A stretch of 64,000 nucleotides of DNA from an uncultured Anaerolinea sp. (GTDB taxonomy: Bacteria > Chloroflexota > Anaerolineae > Anaerolineales > Villigracilaceae), in NCBI GenBank assembly GCA_964607645.1, contig CAZSLN010000001.1, positions 70,577 through 134,576 of the forward strand, given 5' to 3'. Positions 18,682-28,139 of this stretch are shown here, one piece after another (the first letter of the stretch is position 1; each line of letters begins with the position of its first letter). The position numbers were made by a program, and so were the translations under genes. Under the pieces are notes generated by a model. That model did no database searches. It was not told the origin of the DNA and was given only the letters and a program-made list of their open reading frames with translations.

Positions 18682-19650
18682 ATGGATCCAATTATTATTT
18701 TACAAGCCGGCGTGGCATCAGGTACTGTGCTGTTATTTGCCACACTAGGTGGAATTTTTTCAGAACGCGCAGGGGTAATGCAATTGGGTTTGGAAGGTAT
18801 GATGCTTTTAGGAGCTATGACAGCCTTTAGCATTACCGTTAAAACTGGAAACCCTTGGCTGGGATTGCTTGCTGCTATGTTAGCAGGTGGTTTACTTAGC
18901 CAAATTCACGCTTTCATCACTATCACACTCCATGCCGATCAAGTTGTTAGTGGTCTTTCACTAACGTTTGTAGGTACTGGTATTGCTTTGGTCTTTGGTG
19001 AATCTCTCAGCAAAGCCGGCGTGATCTCCCTAATCCCAAAATTATCTATCCCGTTCCTTTCGCTGATCCCAATTCTGGGGAAGATCTTCTTTACCAACCA
19101 AAGTGTCCTTGTTTATGTTGGGTACGCGCTTGTTCCGTTGTGCTGGTACTTCATCTACCGAACCCGCCCCGGTATGCACATGCGCGCCGTTGGTGAACAG
19201 CCTTCCGCAGCAGATTCCCTTGGCATCAATGTTTACCAAACAAGGTATTTCTATGTCTTTGTTTGCGGTCTTTTTTCAGGGTTAGCCGGCGCTACTATCA
19301 GCCTCGCCATATCCCCAGGTTGGTTCAGCGAGCTAACCACCGCTGGTCAGGGCTGGATCGCGATCGGTTTGGTGATCTTCTCTCAATGGGATCCGATTAG
19401 GGCCATGGTTGGTAGTTACACTTTTGGCGCTTTGCGTAGGTTAGTTCTTGATATTCAAGGCCCTACAACTCTCCTCAGCTTCAGAAATCCTTTTTACTAC
19501 AATCCTTATCTCGGCATTTTCCTAACAATGCTTCCCTACGCTTTCACGATCGTTGTACTAATCTTTGGTTCTTACAGTGCGATGAGAAAACGTATTGGAG
19601 CCCCGGCCGCTCTTGGTATCCCGTACGTTCGAGGCCAGCGCGGAGTTTAA
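18682..19650 (+). CDS. ABC transporter permease (BPD_transp_2 type)
   Basis: 322-aa polytopic membrane ORF, 5 nt after the preceding permease gene. Confidence 0.85.
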   Translation: MDPIIILQAGVASGTVLLFATLGGIFSERAGVMQLGLEGMMLLGAMTAFSITVKTGNPWLGLLAAMLAGGLLSQIHAFITITLHADQVVSGLSLTFVGTGIALVFGESLSKAGVISLIPKLSIPFLSLIPILGKIFFTNQSVLVYVGYALVPLCWYFIYRTRPGMHMRAVGEQPSAADSLGINVYQTRYFYVFVCGLFSGLAGATISLAISPGWFSELTTAGQGWIAIGLVIFSQWDPIRAMVGSYTFGALRRLVLDIQGPTTLLSFRNPFYYNPYLGIFLTMLPYAFTIVVLIFGSYSAMRKRIGAPAALGIPYVRGQRGV

Positions 19651-19658
19651 TTTACACA

Positions 19659-19701
19659 TTAGCCCATTCGATTATCTAATAATTGAATGGGCTAATTTTT
19701 T
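19659..19701 (+). terminator. rho-independent terminator of the BMP ABC operon
   Basis: ttagcccattc (19659-19669) pairs with gaatgggctaa (19685-19695), followed by TTTTTT. Confidence 0.75.
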
Positions 19702-19850
19702 ACTGCCATCTTTAGTAGTACAATTTATCACAAGTAAAATTTTTACCTTCGTAGGTCGACGGTCGTTCTTATGAACGGCGTGGGGTTTTACACTCGAAAA
19801 GTGCCGCCAACTGGATTTCTTATTATTAACTATTTAAGGAGACCGAAATA

Positions 19851-20723
19851 ATGAGCATTTGGAAAGAGTATCATCAACCCCAAACCATCCCACAAGCAAT
19901 AAGCCTCTTAAACACCTGTGCTGAACCAAGCAGTATCATCGCTGGTGGTACCGATTTAATGCTTGACTTGAACCAGGGCAACCACGCTCCTGTCAACGCT
20001 CTCATCGATATTACCGAGATACCCGAACTAAAGGGCATTGAGATCGTTGGGGAAGAAATTGTCATTGGCGCTTGCGTTACGCACAATCAAATTGTGAAGA
20101 ACCAAGCCGTTCTCAATAACGCTGACGCGCTCATCGAAGCGTGCGGCCTTATCGGCGGCCCGCAGGTACGTAATTCCGCAACGATCGGCGGCAACGTGGC
20201 ACACGCCTTGCCTGCCGCTGACGGAACGATCGGCCTGTTATCGCTCAATACCCAAGTTGAAATATCATCTATCGATGGTCAGAGGCGAATCCCCATCACA
20301 CAATTCTTCGTAGGTCCCGGAAAATCCATCCTCGACCCCAAGAAGGAATTTTTAACCCGCTTCTTCATCCCACTCAAACAAAAAAATCAGGGTTCCGCCT
20401 TCAAACGCATTATGCGTGCCCAAGGTATTGCCCTTCCAATATTAAATTTATCCGTTTGGATCGAACGGTCTGAAGATAAGATCGTTGATGTTCGAATCTC
20501 GATCGGTCCAGCTGGCCCTGTTCCGTTTAGGGCGGTAAAGACAGAGGAAATGCTCAAGGGTATGGTCTTCAACGATGATGCAATCGCGAAAGCACAGCAA
20601 TCCATCCTTTCCGAAGCAAAATTCCGAACCAGCGCTCGCAGGGCAACCTCAGAATACCGCCAACAATTGGTAACCGAGTTATTTAAAAATACCATCCACC
20701 AGGCCTGGAAACGGACCTTTTAA
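19851..20723 (+). CDS. molybdenum hydroxylase FAD-binding subunit (XdhB/CoxM/YgfM-like)
   Basis: 290-aa ORF. FAD_binding_5 motif IIAGGTDLMLDL and ATIGGNVAHA. AAGGAG RBS upstream. Confidence 0.85.
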   Translation: MSIWKEYHQPQTIPQAISLLNTCAEPSSIIAGGTDLMLDLNQGNHAPVNALIDITEIPELKGIEIVGEEIVIGACVTHNQIVKNQAVLNNADALIEACGLIGGPQVRNSATIGGNVAHALPAADGTIGLLSLNTQVEISSIDGQRRIPITQFFVGPGKSILDPKKEFLTRFFIPLKQKNQGSAFKRIMRAQGIALPILNLSVWIERSEDKIVDVRISIGPAGPVPFRAVKTEEMLKGMVFNDDAIAKAQQSILSEAKFRTSARRATSEYRQQLVTELFKNTIHQAWKRTF

Positions 20724-20733
20724 TTAGGAATTC

Positions 20734-23541
20734 ATGATCATGGAAAATAAATTAATTACATTAAATGTTAATGGTAAGACCTATCAGCTTCCACGCATCC
20801 CTGGCGAAACCCTCTCAGACCTACTGCGCTTACGCTTAAAATTAACCGGCACAAAGATCGCCTGCGAAGAATCAGAGTGCGGTGCTTGTACCGTTATTAT
20901 GAATGGTGAATCGGTTCTTTCTTGTTCTACCCCCTCCGAAAAAGCCAATGGAAAATTTATTACCACGATCGAAGGCCTTGCCAAGGAAGAGAATGGAAAA
21001 ACTGTTCTCCACCCTCTGCAAGAAACCTTTATCAATAACGGCGCAGTCCAATGCGGTTTCTGCATCCCTGGCCAGATCATGACCGCCTATGGTTTGCTAC
21101 AACGCGAACCCAACCCAACCTCATCCGATATTCATCACGCCCTAAAAGATACACTTTGCCGTTGCGCTGGTTACCCAACCATCGAGCGCTCCATCCTAGA
21201 AGCAGCTGAAAGCCTCAGAAATAACCATGCCGTCGAAAAAATGGCGAATTCCAGCAACGATGGCACTCATAAAGTTGTTGGCACAGCCCAAGCCCGCCCC
21301 GATTCCGTCGAAAAAGTGACAGGCAAGGCAATCTATTCCGATGACCTTGTCTTCGAGGATATGGTATTTGGCGCTGTACGCCGGGCATTGGTCCCCCATG
21401 CCTTTGTACGTTCCATCAATATCGAAAAAGCCAAGGCGTACCCCGGAGTTCTCTCCGTTCTCACCGCCGAAGATATTCCCGGCGAAAAATATCACGGATT
21501 GGTGATCTACGATTGGCCTGTAATGGTTGGTATCAACGAACGAGTTCGCTACGTTGGCGATGCTATCGCAATTGTCGCGGCTGAAACCACCGAGATCGCC
21601 CGCGCGGCCGCCGACTTGGTTGAGGTCGAATTCGATCTTCAGCCTGTAATTTCTGATCCAGTTATTTCTCGTCACCCTGAATCGGATACCCTTCACCCCA
21701 ATGGCAATTTACTCAAACATATCAAAGTAAGAAAAGGCGATGTTCAGCAAGGCTTTGACTCCGCTGATATCGTGATGGAAGAGATCTTCCATACCCCTAG
21801 CACTGATCACCTTTTTATGGAGCCTGAGTGCAGCGTAGCTGTTCCCACCAAAGAAGGCCGCATGGAGATCTATGTGGGTTCCCAAATCCCCTACCAGGAT
21901 CGCTTACAGGTCGCCCGCACTCTTGGTGTTGCCGAAGACCGTGTTAGGATTGTTGGCCAATTGATGGGCGGCGGTTTTGGCGGTAAAGAAGACATTGCTG
22001 GTCAGATCCACGCGGCTATGTTGGCTCAAAAATTAAATCGTCCAGTCAAGATTCTTTGGGATAGGCACGAAAGCCTCCTCGTTCATCCTAAAAGGCATGC
22101 TACCCAGATCAAAGTTAAGATCGGCGCGATGAAGGACGGTACATTAGTTTCTGCCCAAACAGAACTCTATGGTGATACCGGCGCGTATGCCTCTCTCGGC
22201 GAAAAAGTACTCACTCGCGCGACCACCCACTCCGCTGGCCCATATATCATCCCCAATGTACATGCAGATTGTTACGCCATGTATACCAACAACCCGCCCG
22301 CCGGCGCATTCCGCGGTTTTGGCGTTTTACAATCCGCTTTTGCTATCGAATCCGTTATGGATATGCTGGCTGAAAAATTGAACATCGACCGCATCGAACT
22401 TCGCAGAAAAAACGCCCTTCGAGTAGGTGCGGAAACCAGCACCGGTCAGGTTCTGCGTGATAGCGCTGGTTTGGTTGATTGTATTGATAAAGTACAAGCC
22501 GAAATGATTCGTGTTTCAGGCCTACCCCAAGCAGATCTTTTCAAGCCACGAAAAGTACAAGGGGCCGAACACCTCGTGCGGGCATGGGGGTTTGCTTCTG
22601 CCTTCAAAAACACCGGCCTCGGTGGCGGAGCCGATGATTGCTCCGGCGCCCATGTTGAGTTATATCCTACCGGCAAATTCCAAGTTCGCTCAGCGGCCGC
22701 GGAACTAGGTCAGGGCTTGGTAACCGTCATGCAATTGGTTGTTTGCGAGGAATTATCCCAGAACCCTGAAAACGTTAAGGTTTTGGTAATGGATACTGAC
22801 CTTACCCCCAATGGTGGTCCAACCACAGCCTCCCGCCAAACCTTTGTAACCGGTAATGCCTCCAAATTTGCCGCAATTGAAATGCGTAATTTGATCACCG
22901 GCACCATCGCTGAGAAATACGATGTTGATCCAAATCTTATAAAATTCTCTCCCGATGGCTTGCTTGTTTCAGGGAAGAATATTCCATTTACCCAGGTTTA
23001 CCTGGATATGGTCGAAATGAACGTAAAACCCCTTGCCGAATACGAGTATCACGCCCCTGTTACCACTCCGCTTGGCGTAAAAGGCGATATGCATGTTGCC
23101 TTCTCTTTTGCCTCACAGGCTGCCGAGATCGAAGTAAACCAGAACACCGGCGAAGTGAAAGTAATTCAAGTCATCTCCGCCAACGATGTTGGTAAGGTGA
23201 TCAACCCGGTTGGCCTTCAGGGCCAGGTTGAAGGCGGCGTTGTTATGGGTGTTGGGCATGCCTTGCTCGAAAACTTCATCACAGAAGATGGCTATGTGAT
23301 CACCGATAGAATGTCACGTTACCGAATTCCTTCCATTATGCACACACCGCTCATTACATCGATCGTAGTCGAAGACCCCTCCGCGGATGGTCCTTACGGC
23401 GCCAAAGGTGTTGGCGAGATCGTTCTCATCCCCACCCCGCCAGCCATCACAAACGCGTTATACAACATCACCGGGCTTCGCTTACACAATCTGCCGGTAG
23501 ATCAGGAAATGGTTCTTAAGCACTTGGTAGAAAATAAGTAA
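20734..23541 (+). CDS. fused [2Fe-2S] + molybdopterin-binding subunit of a xanthine dehydrogenase/aldehyde oxidoreductase-family enzyme (XdhD-like architecture)
   Basis: 935-aa ORF. Two [2Fe-2S] motifs (CEESECGACTV; CGFCIPG...CRCAGY). Moco-domain motifs LMGGGFGGKED and AKGVGE. Confidence 0.88.
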   Translation: MIMENKLITLNVNGKTYQLPRIPGETLSDLLRLRLKLTGTKIACEESECGACTVIMNGESVLSCSTPSEKANGKFITTIEGLAKEENGKTVLHPLQETFINNGAVQCGFCIPGQIMTAYGLLQREPNPTSSDIHHALKDTLCRCAGYPTIERSILEAAESLRNNHAVEKMANSSNDGTHKVVGTAQARPDSVEKVTGKAIYSDDLVFEDMVFGAVRRALVPHAFVRSINIEKAKAYPGVLSVLTAEDIPGEKYHGLVIYDWPVMVGINERVRYVGDAIAIVAAETTEIARAAADLVEVEFDLQPVISDPVISRHPESDTLHPNGNLLKHIKVRKGDVQQGFDSADIVMEEIFHTPSTDHLFMEPECSVAVPTKEGRMEIYVGSQIPYQDRLQVARTLGVAEDRVRIVGQLMGGGFGGKEDIAGQIHAAMLAQKLNRPVKILWDRHESLLVHPKRHATQIKVKIGAMKDGTLVSAQTELYGDTGAYASLGEKVLTRATTHSAGPYIIPNVHADCYAMYTNNPPAGAFRGFGVLQSAFAIESVMDMLAEKLNIDRIELRRKNALRVGAETSTGQVLRDSAGLVDCIDKVQAEMIRVSGLPQADLFKPRKVQGAEHLVRAWGFASAFKNTGLGGGADDCSGAHVELYPTGKFQVRSAAAELGQGLVTVMQLVVCEELSQNPENVKVLVMDTDLTPNGGPTTASRQTFVTGNASKFAAIEMRNLITGTIAEKYDVDPNLIKFSPDGLLVSGKNIPFTQVYLDMVEMNVKPLAEYEYHAPVTTPLGVKGDMHVAFSFASQAAEIEVNQNTGEVKVIQVISANDVGKVINPVGLQGQVEGGVVMGVGHALLENFITEDGYVITDRMSRYRIPSIMHTPLITSIVVEDPSADGPYGAKGVGEIVLIPTPPAITNALYNITGLRLHNLPVDQEMVLKHLVENK

Positions 23542-23557
23542 AAGGAAACCAGAATCC

Positions 23558-24826
23558 ATGCAAAAATTTATTGGATACAAATGCTCCCTTTGCGGAAAAA
23601 GCTATGACGCGGATGATAAGATCTACACCTGCTCGGTAGATGGTGGTAATTTGGATGTGATCCTCGATTTTGATTCGATCAAGAAGACCATATCCATCGA
23701 GACAATAACGAACTCTCGTGATAACTCCATTTGGCGATACCTGCCTCTACTACCTGTAGAAAAGAAGATAGGCGACCAAACACCAATGCAGTTTGTTGGT
23801 GGAACACCAATGTTTAGGCACCCTCAGGCAGCCGAGTTTGGAATTAATGACTTGTTCATCAAAGACGAAAGCCGCAATCCCACCGCCAGTTTCAAAGACC
23901 GCGCAAGCGCTATCGTGGTTACCCGCGCGAAGGAGATCGGCTCTGAGGTCGTGGTTACAGCCTCCACTGGTAATGCCGGCGCGGCGTTGGCTGGAATTTC
24001 CGCCGCGGTTGGGCAACGATCGATCATTTTTGCCCCAAAAACCGCTCCATCCGCAAAAGTAGCACAGTTGTTAGTGTATGGCTCACAAGTAATTTTGGTA
24101 GATGGCACCTATGATGATGCCTTCGACCTTTCAGTTCTAGCCTCTACCGAGTTCGGGTGGTATTGCCGAAACACTGGCTACAACGCCTTCACTGTAGAAG
24201 GTAAAAAGACCGCGTCCTTCGAGGTGTGGGAATATTTCTATCACCAACAAGCTTTGCAAGGCCCAAAAAACGGCGTTGTCAATTTTGATAACCTTACCGT
24301 GATGGTATCCGTTGGCGACGGCAATATTATTTCTGGTATTCATAAAGGTTTCAAAGACCTCTACCAATTAGGCTGGATCAGCAAAGTTCCGCGCATCATT
24401 GGCGTCCAATCCGAAGGTTCCGCTGCTGTTGCCAATGCCTTTAACAACCATAGCGAAGAGATTATCCCCGTCAAAGCCACCACCCTTGCCGATAGCATCT
24501 CCGTAGACCTCCCGCGCGACGGGGTACGTGCCGTTAGGGCAGCTACCGAAACCGGCGGAACTTACATTCTCGTCCCTGATGAAGAGATCGTAAAAAGCAT
24601 AGCTCTGCTTGGAAAAATCGGCATCTTCTCGGAACCGGCTGGTGCGACCGCCTATGCCGGGTTCCAAAAGGCGGTAGCATTGGGATTATTTGACCGGAAT
24701 TCTAACGTAGTTGTCTTTAATACTGGCAGCGGATTAAAAGATGTCAACACAGCTATGAAGGCGGTACAACCAGCGCCGATCATTGAACCGACCCTCGCGA
24801 ATGTAAAACGGTTGATAAAAGGGTAG
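23558..24826 (+). CDS. threonine synthase-like fold-type II PLP enzyme with N-terminal Cys4 zinc ribbon
   Basis: 422-aa ORF. YKCSLCGKSY...YTCSVDGG ribbon, PLP-lysine motif NPTASFKDRAS, ASTGNAGAALA. It starts 16 nt after the hydroxylase gene stop. Confidence 0.75.
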   Translation: MQKFIGYKCSLCGKSYDADDKIYTCSVDGGNLDVILDFDSIKKTISIETITNSRDNSIWRYLPLLPVEKKIGDQTPMQFVGGTPMFRHPQAAEFGINDLFIKDESRNPTASFKDRASAIVVTRAKEIGSEVVVTASTGNAGAALAGISAAVGQRSIIFAPKTAPSAKVAQLLVYGSQVILVDGTYDDAFDLSVLASTEFGWYCRNTGYNAFTVEGKKTASFEVWEYFYHQQALQGPKNGVVNFDNLTVMVSVGDGNIISGIHKGFKDLYQLGWISKVPRIIGVQSEGSAAVANAFNNHSEEIIPVKATTLADSISVDLPRDGVRAVRAATETGGTYILVPDEEIVKSIALLGKIGIFSEPAGATAYAGFQKAVALGLFDRNSNVVVFNTGSGLKDVNTAMKAVQPAPIIEPTLANVKRLIKG

Positions 24827-24868
24827 TTCTGCCAAGTTTTTTTGAATTTCAATTTATACTAAAGGAAT

Positions 24869-25954
24869 ATGTCGCAATCATCTTGGGATCAACCTGTCAA
24901 AAACATATTTCTACTCACAATCGTTGCCATGCTATTTTTTATAGCATGGCAAATCCGTGAGATTTTTACCCCACTGATTATTTCCGCGCTTATTTCGTAT
25001 TTGTTTAGCCCACTAATCAATCTTCTTACCCATAAAACCAACCTTCCACGCAAGGTATCCGCAAATATCATTTTTTTTGTTATCGTCATCACGATCATCG
25101 TCCTTTTAGTTGCTGTGATCCCTACCGCGTTTTCTGAAATTGGAAAAATCGTTTCAGATCTAAATGAATCCCTCATTTCTTACCAAATAAAATATGCCTC
25201 ACCCATCATAATCCAAAATATCCCGGTTCATTTAGGCGATTATATTGGGTTCATTCGCGATAGTATTACCCTTGATTTCAGTCCGGCAATCGATGAAGCG
25301 AACAAAACCTTTGAACTTATCCGCACAACCTCTAAGGGGTTTCTCTGGTTTCTTGTCATTATTGTTACGACCTATAACTTAATGACAGAATGGGAAACCT
25401 TCCGTCAATGGCTTTTTGGATTGGCTCCTTTAAAATACAATGAAGATCTTTGGAAGCTCTATTATGAGATCCGAACGGTGTGGATGAACTACCTCGGAGG
25501 GCAGATCAGGCTGATGATCGTCCTTGCTGTGATCTACGCTGTTGCTTGGTCCACAATTGGGTTACCTGGCGCGATATTTATCGGTCTGCTAGCTGGCTTT
25601 CTCAACTTGGTTCCAGAAGTTGGTCCCGGTATCGCGGCGGTCATCGCCATAACAGTAGCCTGGTTAGAAGGTTCAACCTTCTTACCGATAAGCAATGAAT
25701 TTTTCGCGCTTCTTACTGGAAGTGTTTATTTAATCTTAAATAATGTAAAAACCATCTATCTTCAACCCAGAATTTTGGGGAAAAGCGTTTACCTTCATGA
25801 AGGAATCGTTTTTGTAGCGATCATTGCCGCGGTCATCCTTCAAGGAGTGATCGGTGTTTTGATCGTAGTGCCTGTATTGGCTTCTTCTTTCATCATCAGC
25901 AGATATGTTCGCAACAAAATACTCGGAATCGATCCATTTCCGCCACAAAATTAG
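24869..25954 (+). CDS. AI-2E family transporter (PerM/UPF0118)
   Basis: 361-aa polytopic ORF with family-typical LNLVPEVGP and YLQPRILG segments. Confidence 0.8.
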   Translation: MSQSSWDQPVKNIFLLTIVAMLFFIAWQIREIFTPLIISALISYLFSPLINLLTHKTNLPRKVSANIIFFVIVITIIVLLVAVIPTAFSEIGKIVSDLNESLISYQIKYASPIIIQNIPVHLGDYIGFIRDSITLDFSPAIDEANKTFELIRTTSKGFLWFLVIIVTTYNLMTEWETFRQWLFGLAPLKYNEDLWKLYYEIRTVWMNYLGGQIRLMIVLAVIYAVAWSTIGLPGAIFIGLLAGFLNLVPEVGPGIAAVIAITVAWLEGSTFLPISNEFFALLTGSVYLILNNVKTIYLQPRILGKSVYLHEGIVFVAIIAAVILQGVIGVLIVVPVLASSFIISRYVRNKILGIDPFPPQN

Positions 25955-25985
25955 CGCCAAAATATATCGAATAGCAGGAAAAACT

Positions 25986-26927
25986 ATGACCGTAAAATTT
26001 TCAATTATTGCCCCAATTTACAACGAAAAAGACAATATCAGCGAACTGTACCGACGAATTTCCGAGGTTATGAATAGCACCAAAGCCAGTTGGGAATTAA
26101 TTCTGATCGATGATGGTTCACAGGATGGCTCAACCGACCAAATAGCGGCCCTCGCGACAGTAAATAAAGAAGTAGTCCCCCTCATTTTTGCCCGAAATTT
26201 CGGGCACCAAATTGCGGTTACTGCCGGCTTGGACAATTCTCACGGCGAAGCGGTGGTGGTAATTGATGCTGACCTACAAGACCCGCCCGAAGTGATCTTA
26301 GACTTGATCAAAAAATGGGAAGAGGGTTACGAGGTTGTTTATGCGGTTCGAGCAGAACGTAAAGGTGAAAGCTGGTTCAAATTAGTTACAGCTTCTCTCT
26401 TCTATCGGCTCATTTATCGCATTACCAATGTAAAAATTCCGCTGGATACCGGCGATTTTCGATTGATCGACCGCAAGGTGGTTGATGTAATGAATAGTAT
26501 GCGGGAACGACATCGCTTCCTGAGGGGAATGGCGTCGTGGGTAGGTTTCAAACAGATCGGGGTAAATTACATTCGTGAACCACGTTTTGCGGGTGAAACG
26601 AAATACCCACTCAGAAAAATGATCGCGTTCGCGGTAACTGGGATCACTGGTTTTTCCTATTTTCCGCTACAAATGGCGACATGGATCGGGTTCGTCGCGG
26701 TTCTTATATCGCTGATAGCCATTCCCGTGGTCATCATTGAGCGACTAACTGGCTCCCAAGCCTTTTTAGGGCAAGCAACAACCTTGATCGCGGTTCTCTT
26801 CTTTGGTGGCGCCCAACTCATCTCGCTTGGCATCATCGGCGAATACATTGGCAGGATCTATGACGAAGTCAAGGGGAGACCTTTGTATGTGTTACGTGAT
26901 AAAAAATATATCAACGATAGGAAATAA
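25986..26927 (+). CDS. family 2 glycosyltransferase, polyprenyl-phosphate sugar transferase type (ArnC/GtrB-like)
   Basis: MTVKFSIIAPIYNEKDN, IDDGSQDGS, DADLQDPP, plus two C-terminal TM helices. I prefer the ATG at 25986 over the track start at 25905, which would overlap perM by 50 nt. Confidence 0.85.
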   Translation: MTVKFSIIAPIYNEKDNISELYRRISEVMNSTKASWELILIDDGSQDGSTDQIAALATVNKEVVPLIFARNFGHQIAVTAGLDNSHGEAVVVIDADLQDPPEVILDLIKKWEEGYEVVYAVRAERKGESWFKLVTASLFYRLIYRITNVKIPLDTGDFRLIDRKVVDVMNSMRERHRFLRGMASWVGFKQIGVNYIREPRFAGETKYPLRKMIAFAVTGITGFSYFPLQMATWIGFVAVLISLIAIPVVIIERLTGSQAFLGQATTLIAVLFFGGAQLISLGIIGEYIGRIYDEVKGRPLYVLRDKKYINDRK

Positions 26928-26929
26928 GA

Positions 26930-28117
26930 ATGCCCATCAATTTTGACGAAATCATCGAACGCCGCGGTACTGATTCAGTAAAGTGGGATCTATTTTCCAC
27001 CGATATTCTCCCGATGTGGGTTGCGGATATGGATTTCAAGGTGCCTGAACCGATCACGAAGGCCTTACATAAAACTGTAGACCATAGCGTTTTTGGGTAC
27101 ACCATGGATAGCAAAGCATTGCGACAAACGGTTGTCGACCGTATGAAAAAACTTTACGATTGGGATATCGACGAATCATGGGTAGTTGCCACCACCGGCT
27201 TAGTTAGCGGTTTTTTTGCCGCCTCCAATATGCTCTGCAAGCCAGGCGATGGCTACCTGATCCAAACACCGGTATATATGCCCTTCAACCAAATACAAGA
27301 TGCATTAGGTTTTATTCGACAGGAAAACCCATTAACTCCCATCGTCGATGGCAACAAATTAAGGTCTGAGATGAATTGGGATAATTTCAATGCTGCCTTT
27401 CATAGCGATGGTCACCCAACCAAAATGTTCCTGTTATGTAATCCTCATAACCCCATTGGTAAATGCTTTAACCGCGAAGACTTGAAAAGAATGGCGGAAA
27501 AATGTGTTGAAGAAGGCTCCGTCATCGTCTCTGATGAAATTCATAGTGAATTGCTTCTTGGCGATAACATACACATTCCCATCGCCTCGATCTCAAAGGA
27601 AATTGAAAAAAACTGCATAACATTAGTATCCCCATCTAAGACATTCAACATTGCCGGCTTATTCTGTGGTTTTGCCATCATCTCTGATGATGAATTGCGC
27701 AAGAGCTTTAGGAAAACCTTAGACAAAATGACCTTACATGTGTCTGGGTTATCCTTTGTGGCAGCGCAAGCCGCTTTTTCGGGCGACTGTGACCCATGGT
27801 TAGGTGAACTAAAAGCTTATCTCACTCACAACCGCGATATTCTTGTCACTTATATCGATACCAATTTACCCAGCGTTATCACAACCATCCCTGAAGCCAC
27901 CTATTTAGGCTGGCTAAGTTTTGAAGACCATATGGCAAAAGGAACCATCGGAAGCGACCCCTCTGATTTTTTCTTGAAGAAGGCAAAAGTAGTGCTCAAT
28001 AATGGCGCTGCTTTCGGTACCGGCGGAGAGAAATTTGCCCGTATTAATTTTGGTTGCCCAACATCCTTGCTCAATGAAGGTTTGGGAAGAATCAAAAACT
28101 CATTGCTGAAAGACTGA
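26930..28117 (+). CDS. PatB/MalY-type class I/II aminotransferase (cystathionine beta-lyase-like C-S lyase)
   Basis: 395-aa ORF. N-terminal RRGTDSVKWD and PLP-lysine motif SPSKTFNIAGL. Confidence 0.85.
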   Translation: MPINFDEIIERRGTDSVKWDLFSTDILPMWVADMDFKVPEPITKALHKTVDHSVFGYTMDSKALRQTVVDRMKKLYDWDIDESWVVATTGLVSGFFAASNMLCKPGDGYLIQTPVYMPFNQIQDALGFIRQENPLTPIVDGNKLRSEMNWDNFNAAFHSDGHPTKMFLLCNPHNPIGKCFNREDLKRMAEKCVEEGSVIVSDEIHSELLLGDNIHIPIASISKEIEKNCITLVSPSKTFNIAGLFCGFAIISDDELRKSFRKTLDKMTLHVSGLSFVAAQAAFSGDCDPWLGELKAYLTHNRDILVTYIDTNLPSVITTIPEATYLGWLSFEDHMAKGTIGSDPSDFFLKKAKVVLNNGAAFGTGGEKFARINFGCPTSLLNEGLGRIKNSLLKD

Positions 28118-28139
28118 TCTAAGATCAATAGGATCCTTT

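Noticed and set aside
21196-21696. 166-aa antisense ORF inside the Moco subunit gene.
   Set aside because: It is opposite a 935-aa gene with contiguous conserved motifs, and nothing supports it.
25905-25985. Upstream extension of the GT2 gene given in the ORF track.
   Set aside because: It would overlap perM by 50 nt. The family-typical N-terminus (MTVKFSIIAPIYNE) begins at the ATG at 25986.
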